Shown here piece after piece: positions 43,674 through 53,691 of a DNA stretch of 64,000 nt. The notes beneath the pieces are model-generated. The model saw nothing but the letters and a program-made list of their open reading frames with translations, did no database searches and was not told where the DNA came from. Every line of letters begins with the position of its first letter. Within the stretch, counting starts at the first letter, position 1. Position numbers and translations under genes: made by a program. The DNA is from an uncultured delta proteobacterium (GTDB lineage: Bacteria > Myxococcota > Kuafuiibacteriia > Kuafuiibacteriales > Kuafuiibacteriaceae): NCBI GenBank assembly GCA_963803435.1, contig CAWDML010000001.1:2176001-2240000 (forward strand), given 5' to 3'.

Positions 43674-45026
43674 TTACGGCGGGCAGAATCCAGTACGTGG
43701 TGCGCAGTAGTGCCGGAGAATCTTGGGCTGCTGCGTGACAGGATCGCAGCAGAAGCCGCGCGGAGGTTCGTTCAACAGCTCAGTCAACAGGCACACCGTG
43801 CCCTCGTCTTCGCACGGGCCCGACGTCTCCGGATCACAGGAGAAGTAGGTGTCGGCGCAGAGCATGCCGCCCGGACAATCGACCTCTCCGACACACTCGA
43901 TGCCACACACGCCGACGGAGCCGATCCCCTCGATGATGCTCTCGACGCAGGGATCCTCGCCGCAGCCCTGGTCGCAGGCGCGGCATTGATTGGGATCGGG
44001 CGAGCCGCACGTCTCGTTCGTGGTGTCACAGAACGACCGCAGCGGGCACAGCGTGCTGTCCTCGCAGCGGCCGGCCTCGCACTGACCGGCGATGCAGACC
44101 GCGTCGAGCGGGCAGTCGCCGGTGCTCCGGCATCCGCTCACACACGCCTCCGATAGGGGATCGCAGATCTGTCCGATCGGGCAATGGGCGTCCTCCCCGC
44201 ACAGGCCCTCCTCGAGGCACTGTGCGGCGGCGACATGGCAGAAGAAGCCATCGGGGCAATCGAGGTTGCTGCCGCACCCCGTCAAGGATTGGCAGGAGCC
44301 GAACGCGTTACAGAACGCGTCGGAGGCACAGTCTTCGGGGCCGGTGCAGATGCATCGGCCGCTCGCCTGCTCGCAGGTGAGACCCGGAGGGCAGACCGCG
44401 TCCGACCCGCAGCCGCAGTTGCCGTTGGGAAGCTCGACGAAGCCGTCCGGGCAGCACCCGACCCCGGTGCAGACGCACGCCTTGGCCCCCGCGCTGTAGA
44501 CGTCGCCTTCGGGACAGCAGCCGTCATTCGCGCAGGTGCATCCGCCGCCGACCTCGTCGTAGCGATAGCCGACCGGGCAGCAGCCGTCCGCGTGACAGGC
44601 GCATTTCGCCTCGGTCTCGTCGAACCGGAAGCCCGGCGGGCAGCAGGCGTCGCCCGCGCAGACGCAGCTCGCCGTCTCGGGATCGAAGACGTGATCGCTG
44701 GGACAGCAGACGTCGCTCTCGCAAATGCAGCTGAAGGTGGGCGCATCGAAGCGCGTGCCCTCGGGACAGCAGGCGTCACTCTCGCACACGCAGGTGTCCG
44801 CCTCGGTCGAGGTGGAGGCGAAGAACGTGAAGCCCTCTGGGCAGCAGGCGTCGGAGGTGCAGCGACAGGTGCCCTCGACGCACGCCATGCCCTCCGGGCA
44901 CGCGCCGTCGTTCATGCATACGCAGTCGCCGTCGCTGGAGAGCTCGAAGCCGAGCGGGCAGCCGCTCTCGAGCGGGCTCCGGCCGCACGCGAACAGCAGC
45001 CCGAGCCACAGGCTAGAGCGCCACAT
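43674..45026 (-). CDS. Cys-rich lipoprotein with C.C..D.CCP.G repeats
   Basis: LFAC lipobox; ~7 tandem ~20-aa CCP repeats, then Dickkopf-like C..D..CP....C units. Confidence 0.85.
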   Translation of the reverse strand: MWRSSLWLGLLFACGRSPLESGCPLGFELSSDGDCVCMNDGACPEGMACVEGTCRCTSDACCPEGFTFFASTSTEADTCVCESDACCPEGTRFDAPTFSCICESDVCCPSDHVFDPETASCVCAGDACCPPGFRFDETEAKCACHADGCCPVGYRYDEVGGGCTCANDGCCPEGDVYSAGAKACVCTGVGCCPDGFVELPNGNCGCGSDAVCPPGLTCEQASGRCICTGPEDCASDAFCNAFGSCQSLTGCGSNLDCPDGFFCHVAAAQCLEEGLCGEDAHCPIGQICDPLSEACVSGCRSTGDCPLDAVCIAGQCEAGRCEDSTLCPLRSFCDTTNETCGSPDPNQCRACDQGCGEDPCVESIIEGIGSVGVCGIECVGEVDCPGGMLCADTYFSCDPETSGPCEDEGTVCLLTELLNEPPRGFCCDPVTQQPKILRHYCAPRTGFCPP

Positions 45027-46107
45027 CGTACTCGATCCTGATCTCCGCCCCCGGGGGCGGGACGTAGGCACCGGGGAACTCGACGCCGCGGCGATCCGCG
45101 CGGAGCACCCAGCCCATGGTGGCGCTCATGGGGATCTCGACGCCGTCGACGAACACGTGGACGGTGGTGCCCGGGGGCGCCGACAGCGGAAAGAAGCGGC
45201 GCAGGCCGGCCAGCGTGATCGCCAACTCCTCCACGAAGGGTGCGAAGTCGGCGGTGCAGATGCTCTCGATCAGCCCGTTCGTCCGGCGCGCCACTTCGAG
45301 ATACCGATCCCCGGACTGCGCGCGCGCGCCGAAGATCCGCTCCTCTCCAGGCGCGACGCAGCCGTCGGGTTCGGGACCGACGACGGCCGAGAGCGAGACA
45401 TTCACCTCGCGACCCGGGCCTTTGATCGAGCTCAGAAAGCGCACGTACTGATCGACCGTCCCGAGCGAGCCGTCGTCCTCGTCGCTGACCACGATGATCG
45501 CGAGCGCCGCCTCGTCGCGCAGGAAGCCGGCGTTGAAGCCGCCGATCAGGGGCGCGGTGAGCGCGGTCGACATGGCGGCCAGGCCTTCCTCGAGCCTGAT
45601 CTGGAGATCGTCGGGGAACGAGACGGCCTGCTCGAACACCAGGTCGGGGTTGGCGGTGCTCGGATCGATGAAGCGCGGGTCGCCGCGCAAGCGGCCTCGG
45701 TCGGCGCTGGGCGTCGTGAGGTCCGTGCTGGTGACGCCGACGTGATAGTCCACGTCGGCCTGGACCAGCACCGAGAGAAAGCGATGGAACTGGGTGGCCA
45801 GCCGGTCGCGCTCGTTGCTGAGGCTCGCCGAGTTGTCCACGATCCAGAGGACGTCGACGACGGCACGCTCCTGGGCGAAGAGGTCCGTCTGTCTGGGCCC
45901 GCGGACGATCGGTGGCAGAAGCTCGACCGGCAGGATCTCGGGCGGCGTCGGGTCGGTGGGCGTCACCTTCGCCTCTGCGACGTCCGGCGTGATGATGCGG
46001 GGCCGAACACGCGCGCGTCCGAAGGGCCCCGTCGGGTCGCTCCCACCGCAGTTGCAGGCCCCGGCCGTGGTCAGCAGCAACAACAGCGGCACCAGGGCGA
46101 CCTGCAT
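45013..46107 (-). CDS. vWA-domain lipoprotein
   Basis: VDVLWIVDNSAS MIDAS, GFLRDEAALAIIVVSDEDD. Confidence 0.85.
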   Translation of the reverse strand: MQVALVPLLLLLTTAGACNCGGSDPTGPFGRARVRPRIITPDVAEAKVTPTDPTPPEILPVELLPPIVRGPRQTDLFAQERAVVDVLWIVDNSASLSNERDRLATQFHRFLSVLVQADVDYHVGVTSTDLTTPSADRGRLRGDPRFIDPSTANPDLVFEQAVSFPDDLQIRLEEGLAAMSTALTAPLIGGFNAGFLRDEAALAIIVVSDEDDGSLGTVDQYVRFLSSIKGPGREVNVSLSAVVGPEPDGCVAPGEERIFGARAQSGDRYLEVARRTNGLIESICTADFAPFVEELAITLAGLRRFFPLSAPPGTTVHVFVDGVEIPMSATMGWVLRADRRGVEFPGAYVPPPGAEIRIEYDVAL

Positions 46108-46194
46108 CGAGCGCACTCCGTCAATGCTCCCCACCGTAGGTGCCTCGCGCCTCCCGAACCTTACCGGCTCGCTGGCGGAATGGGCGGGCAAACC

Positions 46195-47001
46195 TCAAAA
46201 GACCCCTCCGACCGTCGCCATCGCGCCATCCTCGAAAGGCGCCATCGCGATCTTCATCGACGGCCCGATCCGGTGGAGGTGCGGGACCAGCAGGCCGATG
46301 CTGGCGCCGGCCAGGCCCCCCGCGATCACGTCGGTGGGAAAGTGAGCGCCCGAGCGCACGCGCTGGTAGCCGACCAGCGCGGTCAGGGCCACGCCGACCC
46401 CCGTGACGATCCAGCCCTCCAGCGGATCCCTCTCGAATGCAAGATAGCTTGCCGTAGCAGCCAACCCGGCACAGATGGACGTGTGACCGGAGTAGAAGGC
46501 GAGCGCGCTGTTGGTGTCCGAGCTGACCATCCCCGTCTGTCGTAGCTCCCGATACGCGAGCGGGCGCGGGCGCCGCACCGCGATCTTGACGAGATCCGTC
46601 ACGGCGAAGTTCACGACCGCACTCTCGGCGTACATCAGAAGGTAGGCGATCGGCGATTCGCCGCGATCGAGGATCGTCGCCGCTGCGATGTCGGCGACGG
46701 CGTAGGCCGCGGCGAGGCCGACGCCGAGGTTGCTGAGCAGCGAGCCGCTCGGCTCGGGTTCGTCCTTGAGGGCGGTCGGCCGGTCGATGGCGAGGAGGAC
46801 GCTCGGATCGGTCGGCTCCTGCGGGCGAAGCTCGCCCGTCCGGATGATCAGCTCGAGCAGGACTCCGAAGGCGAGGCTGGCGCCGATGGTGCCGGCGTCG
46901 CCGAGCGGATCCACGCCGAACGCCGGAAGCTCCGCGGCCGCAGTGGAGGTGGACGCGGTGGCGGGCGCCGCCCAGAACGTCAGGAGAAGGATGGGGATCA
47001 T
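46195..47001 (-). CDS. PAP2 family phosphatase
   Basis: K.AVRRPRP, YSGH, RVRSGAHFPTDV. Confidence 0.9.
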   Translation of the reverse strand: MIPILLLTFWAAPATASTSTAAAELPAFGVDPLGDAGTIGASLAFGVLLELIIRTGELRPQEPTDPSVLLAIDRPTALKDEPEPSGSLLSNLGVGLAAAYAVADIAAATILDRGESPIAYLLMYAESAVVNFAVTDLVKIAVRRPRPLAYRELRQTGMVSSDTNSALAFYSGHTSICAGLAATASYLAFERDPLEGWIVTGVGVALTALVGYQRVRSGAHFPTDVIAGGLAGASIGLLVPHLHRIGPSMKIAMAPFEDGAMATVGGVF

Positions 47002-47152
47002 CGCGGCCGAGCCTGCCCTCCGCAGAGATCGGCGTCACGCGCGCGACGGGCCGCACACCGGAAATGCGAGCCGGACCCCCGGAAAGATCGAGGTAGGTGA
47101 TTGGATCCTGATGTGGGTTATGGTGTGCTCTTACCGACCAGGAGTCACCGCC

Positions 47153-47422
47153 ATGCACCTGTACCGCATCCTCAACCACCGCACCGGGCTGTACCTCGAC
47201 CTGCACGGTCGCTGGACCGACGTCGGCCGCCTCATGACCCGGGATGAGCTCGAGACCCTCCGGGGCGCCGACCCGGAGCTCTACCCGGACGACGTGGAGA
47301 TCGAGCGCGTCGCGATCCGGGTGCTCGCTCGCTTTGGCTTCGACGAGGAGATCCCGAACGTCGCCGAGCGCGCCGACCAGGCCCGCAAGGCCCTGGCGCG
47401 ATACACCTCCCACGCGGCCTGA
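47153..47422 (+). CDS. Small hypothetical protein
   Basis: AGGAG RBS, host-like codon use. Confidence 0.65.
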   Translation: MHLYRILNHRTGLYLDLHGRWTDVGRLMTRDELETLRGADPELYPDDVEIERVAIRVLARFGFDEEIPNVAERADQARKALARYTSHAA

Positions 47423-47428
47423 GCCGGG

Positions 47429-48205
47429 CTACGCCGCCACGGTATCGCGGCGGGCTTCCAGCTCCCGCGCCAGCGCCAGATAGCACTGCGATCCGCGGCT
47501 CGCGAGATCGTACAGGATGCAAGGCTGGCCGAAGCTGGGCGCCTCGGAGAGCCGGATGTTCCGCGGGATCATGGTCTGGAAGACCTTGTCCGAGAAGTAG
47601 CCGCGGACCTCGGTGACGACCTGATGCGCGAGGTTGTTCCGGGGATCGTACATCGTAAAGACGATGCCCTCGATCTCGAGGGCGGGGTTGAGGCTGTCCC
47701 GCACCATCTCGATGGTCTCGGTGAGCTTCGAGAGGCCCTCCATCGCGTAGTACTCGCACTGGACGGGGATGAGCACGGTGTCCGCGGCGGTCAGCGCGTT
47801 CACCGTCAGGAGATCGAGCGACGGCGGGCAGTCGATCACGATGTAGTCGTAGCGATCGCGGATCGGCGCCAGGATCTGGCGCATCTTCGTGTGCGGATCC
47901 TCGAGGCTCGCCAGCTCGAGCGCGGCGCCCGCCAGGTCCGAAGAGGCCGGCGCCACGCCGAGGGTCTCGAGCCCCGTTGGCAGGATGATCTCGTCGAGGG
48001 CCCGCCCGCCGATGAGCGCGTCATAGACGCCGGCGTCGAGCTCGCGGGTCGCGATGCCCACGCCGCTGGAGGCGTTACCCTGCGGATCCGTGTCGACGAT
48101 CAGCACCCTCTTCCCTTCGGCCGCCAGCGAGGCGCCCAGGTTCACGGCGGTGGTTGTTTTTCCGACGCCGCCTTTTTGATTCGCGATGGCGATGACACGG
48201 CACAC
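47429..48205 (-). CDS. parA: ParA/Soj family ATPase
   Basis: NQKGGVGKTTT, DPQGN, DCPPSL, PVQCEYYA, IPRNIRLSEAPSFG. Confidence 0.93.
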   Translation of the reverse strand: MCRVIAIANQKGGVGKTTTAVNLGASLAAEGKRVLIVDTDPQGNASSGVGIATRELDAGVYDALIGGRALDEIILPTGLETLGVAPASSDLAGAALELASLEDPHTKMRQILAPIRDRYDYIVIDCPPSLDLLTVNALTAADTVLIPVQCEYYAMEGLSKLTETIEMVRDSLNPALEIEGIVFTMYDPRNNLAHQVVTEVRGYFSDKVFQTMIPRNIRLSEAPSFGQPCILYDLASRGSQCYLALARELEARRDTVAA

Positions 48206-48247
48206 GAGAGCAATGGCGGTAGCACGCGCGCGGAGGAGCTCGCAACG

Positions 48248-48265
48248 GTTGACACGCGAGTCAAC
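48248..48265. promoter_or_regulatory. Palindromic operator-like site overlapping a TTGACA -35 element upstream of etfB
   Basis: GTTGAC-ACGCGA-GTCAAC in the parA/etfB divergent spacer. Confidence 0.45.
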
Positions 48266-48314
48266 GCCCTCGTACACCGCCAGCGGCTGACACGCTGCGC
48301 CAAAGGAGGAAGGG

Positions 48315-49106
48315 ATGAAGATCCTGGTCACCGTCAAACGCGTCACGGATTACGAGCGGAAAGTGAAGATTGCGCCCGACGGGTCCGCTCTGGTCACCGA
48401 GGGGATGAACTTCGTCGCCAATCCTTTCGACGAGATCGCGGTGGAGGAGGCGCTCCGGCTGGTGAAGGTCCACGGCGGTGAGATCGTCGTGGTCAGCGTC
48501 GGCCCGAAAGATGCGAGCCAGCAGATCCGACAGGCGCTCGCGATGGGCGCGAACCGCGGGATCTTGGTGGTGAGCGACGCCGAGACCGATCCGGACGCCG
48601 TCGCCCGCGTGCTGGTGAAGATCGTGGGCGATGAGAAGCCCGACCTCGTGATCATGGGGAAGCAGGCCACCGACGACGACGCGAATCAGGTCGGCCAGCT
48701 CCTCGGCGGGTACCTGGACTGGCCGCAGGCCACCTTCGCTTCGAAGGTCGAGGGTCTCGACTCGGAGTCTGAGAAGGCGCAGCAGCCCGGCATCGCGATC
48801 GCGGGCGACAAGGCCACCGTGATCCGCGAGGTCGACGGCGGGCTGGAGACGCTCGAGCTCACCCTGCCGGCGCTGATCACCACCGATCTGCGGCTCAACC
48901 ACCCGCGCTTCGCTTCGCTCCCCGGGATCATGAAGGCGAAGAAGAAGGAGATCAAAGAGATCCCCATCGGGAGTATTGGAATCGACGTCTCGCCGAAGGT
49001 CCGCAACGTCAAGTACGCGGAGCCTCCGGCACGCAAGGCCGGCGTCGTGGTCCCCGACGTGGACACACTGATCGACAAGCTGAAGAACGAAGCCAAGGTC
49101 ATCTGA
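48315..49106 (+). CDS. etfB: Electron transfer flavoprotein beta subunit
   Basis: NPFDEIAVEEA, GKQATD, REVDGG. Confidence 0.96.
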   Translation: MKILVTVKRVTDYERKVKIAPDGSALVTEGMNFVANPFDEIAVEEALRLVKVHGGEIVVVSVGPKDASQQIRQALAMGANRGILVVSDAETDPDAVARVLVKIVGDEKPDLVIMGKQATDDDANQVGQLLGGYLDWPQATFASKVEGLDSESEKAQQPGIAIAGDKATVIREVDGGLETLELTLPALITTDLRLNHPRFASLPGIMKAKKKEIKEIPIGSIGIDVSPKVRNVKYAEPPARKAGVVVPDVDTLIDKLKNEAKVI

Positions 49107-49122
49107 CGAAGGGAGCCGAGAG

Positions 49123-50073
49123 ATGTCGAACGTTCTGGTCGTCGCAGAGATCGCAGAAGGAACCGTCAAGAAGACCACGCTCACGTCCATCACGTTTGCG
49201 CGCCAGGCCGCAGAGCGGACCGGCGGCAACGTGCAGGGTCTGGTGATCGGATCGGGCGCAGGCGCCGCCGCGGCCGAGCTCGCGAAGTACGTCAGCGCCG
49301 TGCACTTCGCCGACGCACCCGGCCTCGAGAATCCCACCGCCGAGGCCTACGCCAAGGCGATCGCAGCCGGGGCCAAGGCGGCGGGCGCGGGCATCGTCTG
49401 TATGGCCGCCACCGCGCACGGCAAGGACGTGATGCCGCGGGCGGCCGCGCTCCTCGGCGCCGGCATGGCGTCGGACATCCTGGGCTTCGCGGGTCAGGGA
49501 CTCTCCGTGACGCGACCGGTCCAGGCCGGCAACGTCATCGCGACGGTCGAGATCACCACCGACGTCAAGGTGATCACCACGCGGCCGACCGAGTTCGAGG
49601 CCGCGCAGCCCGCCGCCGCCGCCGGCGCGGTCAGCCCGCTCGCGGTCGAGCTGGGCGCGATGAAGACGCGCTTCGTGAAGTTCGATCGTGTCGCCTCGGA
49701 GCGCCCGGAGCTCACCGAGGCGCGCGTGGTCGTCTCGGGCGGACGCGGCCTCAAGGAGGCAGGCAACTTCGCCAAGCTGGTGGAGCCGCTCGCCGACAAG
49801 CTCAACGCGGGGATCGGGGCCAGCCGGGCCGTGGTCGACGCCGGCTGGGTCCCGAACGACATGCAGGTCGGGCAAACCGGGAAGGTGGTCGCACCCGACC
49901 TGTACATCGCCGTCGGCATCTCGGGCGCGATCCAGCACGTCGCCGGGATGAAGGGCAGCAAGACGATCGTCGCCATCAACAAGGATCCGGAGGCGCCGAT
50001 CTTCCAGATCGCCGACTATGGCCTGGTGGCGGACCTCTTCAAGGCCGTCCCCGAGCTGACCGAGAAGCTGTAG
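49123..50073 (+). CDS. etfA: Electron transfer flavoprotein alpha subunit
   Basis: [26 protein letters not shown]. Confidence 0.96.
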   Translation: MSNVLVVAEIAEGTVKKTTLTSITFARQAAERTGGNVQGLVIGSGAGAAAAELAKYVSAVHFADAPGLENPTAEAYAKAIAAGAKAAGAGIVCMAATAHGKDVMPRAAALLGAGMASDILGFAGQGLSVTRPVQAGNVIATVEITTDVKVITTRPTEFEAAQPAAAAGAVSPLAVELGAMKTRFVKFDRVASERPELTEARVVVSGGRGLKEAGNFAKLVEPLADKLNAGIGASRAVVDAGWVPNDMQVGQTGKVVAPDLYIAVGISGAIQHVAGMKGSKTIVAINKDPEAPIFQIADYGLVADLFKAVPELTEKL

Positions 50074-50108
50074 CGGGTCGGTTTGCGTGCTACCTTCTCC
50101 GCGCTCGG

Positions 50109-51599
50109 ATGCACGCGGAGCTCCTGATCAATCGAGACCTCGGCGAGACCCGGGTCGCGCTCCTGGAGGAAGGGGTCGTCAAGGAGCTCTACGTCGAGCG
50201 TGACGACGAGCGCGGCGTCGCGGGCAACGTCTATCTGGGAAAGGTCACGCGGGTGCTGCCCGGGATGGACGCGGCCTTCGTCGACATCGGGCTCGAGCGG
50301 GCGGCCTTCCTCTACGTCGACGACGTGGTCCGCCCCGGCGAGGAGCCCGACGAGGAGCCGGTGGCAAAGGAGAGCCCCTCGATCGGGTCGCTGCTCGCCG
50401 AGGGCCAGATCATCACGGTCCAGGTGGCGAAGGAGCCGATCGGGACCAAGGGCGCGCGCGTCACCAACTACGTCACCATCCCGGGCCGCTACGTGGTGTA
50501 CATGCCGACGCTCGATCGGATCGGGGTCTCGCGGAAGATCACGGACGACGCCGAGCGCCAGCGTCTCAAGAGCGTGCTCGAGTCGCTGCAGCGGCCGAAC
50601 GAGGGCGGGTTCATCGCGCGGACGGTCTGCCGGGGCCTGGGCGCCGAGGAGCTGGCGCACGACCTCGAGCTGGTTCGATCCGTCTGGCGCGACCTTCGCG
50701 GCAAAGCCACACAGGCCGCCCCTCCGGCACTGCTGGCGCGCGATCTGGACCTGGTGCTGCGCGCGACGCGCGACCTGTTCACCGAGGGGATCGATCGCCT
50801 GGTGATCGACTCGGCCGAGGACGGCGGGCGCATCGAGAAGCTCGTGATGAGCTACGCGCCCGAGCTGGTGTCGCGGATCGAGGTGGCCGAGGACGCCGTC
50901 CCGCTCTTCGATCGCTTCGGGATCGAGGCCGAGATCGAGCGGGCGTTGATCCGGAAAATGACGCTCAAGAGCGGCGTCACGATCGTGATCGACGAGGCCG
51001 AGGCGCTGACCGCGATCGACGTGAACACCGGGCGTTTCGTCGGCTCACGCGACCTCGAGGCCACGATCCTCAAGACCAACCTGGACGCGGCCAAGGCGAT
51101 CGCCGCCCAGATCCGGCTGCGGAACCTGGCGGGAATCATCATCATCGACTTCATCGACATGCAGCGACCGGAGAGCCGCAACAAGGTCTACGAGACCTTC
51201 ATGGAGGAGATGGCGAAGGATCGCGCCAAGACGCACGTCCTCCCGATCACCGGCGTCGGGCTGGTGCAGATGACCCGCCAGCGGGTGCGGACCTCGCTGG
51301 GCCGGACGCTGACCGAGCCCTGCCCGTACTGCGACGGGCGAGGACGCCTGCGCTCGAAGACGACGATCTGCCACGACGTGTTCCGGGAGGTGCGGCGCCA
51401 GGCCCACGCCCACCCGCAGGGGGCGATCGTGGTGAGCGCGATGCCCGAGGTGGCGGCGCTGCTCTCGGAGGAGCACCACGACCGGTTGATCGACCTGGAG
51501 AAGCGCCTCGAGCGATCGATCGTGGTCGAGGCGCGCGGTGATCTCCACCAGGAGGTCTATCAGGTCGCGGTGCGGCCGCGCTCGCTGGAGCTACCGTGA
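50109..51599 (+). CDS. rng: Ribonuclease G (Rne/Rng family)
   Basis: GNVYLGKV..VLPGM.AAFVDIG, IDVNTG, IIDFIDM, CPYCDG. Confidence 0.93.
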   Translation: MHAELLINRDLGETRVALLEEGVVKELYVERDDERGVAGNVYLGKVTRVLPGMDAAFVDIGLERAAFLYVDDVVRPGEEPDEEPVAKESPSIGSLLAEGQIITVQVAKEPIGTKGARVTNYVTIPGRYVVYMPTLDRIGVSRKITDDAERQRLKSVLESLQRPNEGGFIARTVCRGLGAEELAHDLELVRSVWRDLRGKATQAAPPALLARDLDLVLRATRDLFTEGIDRLVIDSAEDGGRIEKLVMSYAPELVSRIEVAEDAVPLFDRFGIEAEIERALIRKMTLKSGVTIVIDEAEALTAIDVNTGRFVGSRDLEATILKTNLDAAKAIAAQIRLRNLAGIIIIDFIDMQRPESRNKVYETFMEEMAKDRAKTHVLPITGVGLVQMTRQRVRTSLGRTLTEPCPYCDGRGRLRSKTTICHDVFREVRRQAHAHPQGAIVVSAMPEVAALLSEEHHDRLIDLEKRLERSIVVEARGDLHQEVYQVAVRPRSLELP

Positions 51600-53633
51600 A
51601 CGCGGTGCCGATCCTGCTCCTCGTGCTGTCGCAGTTCGACGCGCCCCCGATCACGGTGGTGAAGCCGGGCGGCGGCTATCTGACGGCGGACGGGATCTCG
51701 GAGGTGCCGCTCGAGGTCGTGCTCAACGGCGGCGGCGAGGTCAACAGCGCCAAGATCCGCGCCGAGGCCGGCAACGTGGGGCGGACCAACGTCATCACCG
51801 GTAACCGCGTGCGCTTCATGTACAAGGTTCCGAAGTCGAGCTCGACGGTCGAGGAGGTGCTCGACATCCAGCTTCGCCTCGAGAACGGCAACACCACCTC
51901 CACGATCTACACGCTGGTAATCGATCCGCCCTCCACCACCGAGATCAGTCTCTCGGCGAGCCCGGAGATCTTCGACGCCGAGTCCCCCCCGATCGTAGCG
52001 CTGTCGGCGCGCGCCAGCGGGCACGATCTGGAGGCGCTCCAGATCTTCGCGGACAAGGGCGAGGTCGTGGACGAGACGCTCACCGGAGATGCCTCGAACC
52101 TCGAGGTGCACGGCGAGCTGACGCCGCCCGATCTCCCGCCCGACGCGCCCAGCCACATGACGCTGATCGCGGTCGCCTCCTCCCTCTCCAGCTACGGCGT
52201 GGCGGTCGGCGGCGTGAGCGCACGGGCGCCGGTGCGGCTCTCGGTCGAGATCCCGCCAGGCAGCAGGCTCGAGATTGAGGGCGCGGAGAACTCGCCCGAG
52301 CCGGTCACCGCGCCGGCGGACGGGCGAACGGTGATGGACGACGTCCTGGTCCGGTACGGCTCCCGGGTCCGCGCCTTCGTGGTGGACAAGGGGAAGAGAA
52401 AGCCGCTCTCAGTGGTGCTGCCCACCGGGTTGGTCTCGCCGGGCGTGGTGGCGCCGATCCCAGGCCAGACGATCGCTGACGGAGGCACGGGCCCGTCGCT
52501 GGTGGTCGCGGTCCCGCCCTCGGCCCTGGGCGGCAAGCCGTTCTGGCCCGACCTGGCGGTCGAAGGCGCGAAGCTGGTCAAGACGATCGACATCGCGGAG
52601 AACGCCAAGGTCCTGGTGCTCCAGCGGCCGGTCGACGGCGGAAGGGTGACCGTCCTCCTCGACGAGGTACCGGCGGGCGAGATCGACTTCACCTCCTCCC
52701 GCGGTGTCAGCATCGACATCGATCCGGCCTCCACGGAGCGAGGCGAGCGCGCCGCCGCGATCGCGGTCGTGCACGACTCGCGGGGGCAGCCGACGGATCT
52801 TCCGGTGCCGCGCGTGCGCAGCGACGACGGCACGGTCCTGACGCCGAAGCGGACCGGGCCCGGCCAGTACCGCGTGGCGCTGGAGCCGGGGAGCCCGGGC
52901 GCGCCCGGCGACGAGATTGAGCTGACGGCCGAGCTGCCGCCCGCGCCGGTCATCGCGGGCGATGCGCTCGAGCTGATTCTCGGCGCGGACGAAGGTGACC
53001 TTGGAGGGCCCGCCGCCCGCGGTGCGGGTCCAAGAGACGCCCAAGGTCGAGACCGAGCTCGAGAAGGCGCACCAGGAGCCAAGCGAGCCGGCGGACCAGA
53101 GCCTGGGCGTGGGCTTCGCAGCGGTCGGTCTCGTGGGCGCGTCGTTCGGGCAGCTCCTGGTCGTCGGCGGCGGGCTGCAGCTCGAGATGCGGATGCCGTT
53201 CTGGGAGCGGCGCCTCGGTGCCCGCACCGGCGTCGAGTTCGTGCATCACAGCGGGAGCGGGAAGGCTCGATTCGGCGAGGGCACGCTGGACGCAAAAACG
53301 CGCATCGCCGGCTTCCTCATCCCCTTCGAGGTCATTTTTGCGTATGTCACCACGAGCGCGTTCGAGGCCACGATCCGCGGCGGTGGCGACGTGCGGTTCG
53401 AGCGGGGCGTGGTCACGATCGGCGGGGACAGCCCGGGCGGCATCTCGAACGTGGGATTCTCCGGCCGGGTGGGGCTCGACGCGATCTTCAAGATCGACGC
53501 CGGTCACATCACGGTCGGCGCGACGCTCGGAGGGCTCGGATCCAGCGCTTCGCGGTTCTCCACTCCGAACGCCGCGCTCTCCGGCTCGCTGCTCAGCCTG
53601 CGCGGAGATGTATCGTACGGGTTCTGGTTCTGA
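51596..53633 (+). CDS. Hypothetical exported protein, Ig-like N-terminus and probable C-terminal beta-barrel; indel at 52977
   Basis: Removing one T joins the 51596 ORF to the 52995 ORF; ends ..VSYGFWF (OMP-type terminal Phe). Confidence 0.65.
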
Positions 53634-53691
53634 GCGCTGATCGAGGTCAATATGCGGCGGGCCGCACCCGTCGAACGGCCAGCGGCTAGGC

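Noticed and set aside
41732-45026. DNA repeat arrays
   Set aside because: These are degenerate protein-level Cys repeats within lipoprotein genes.
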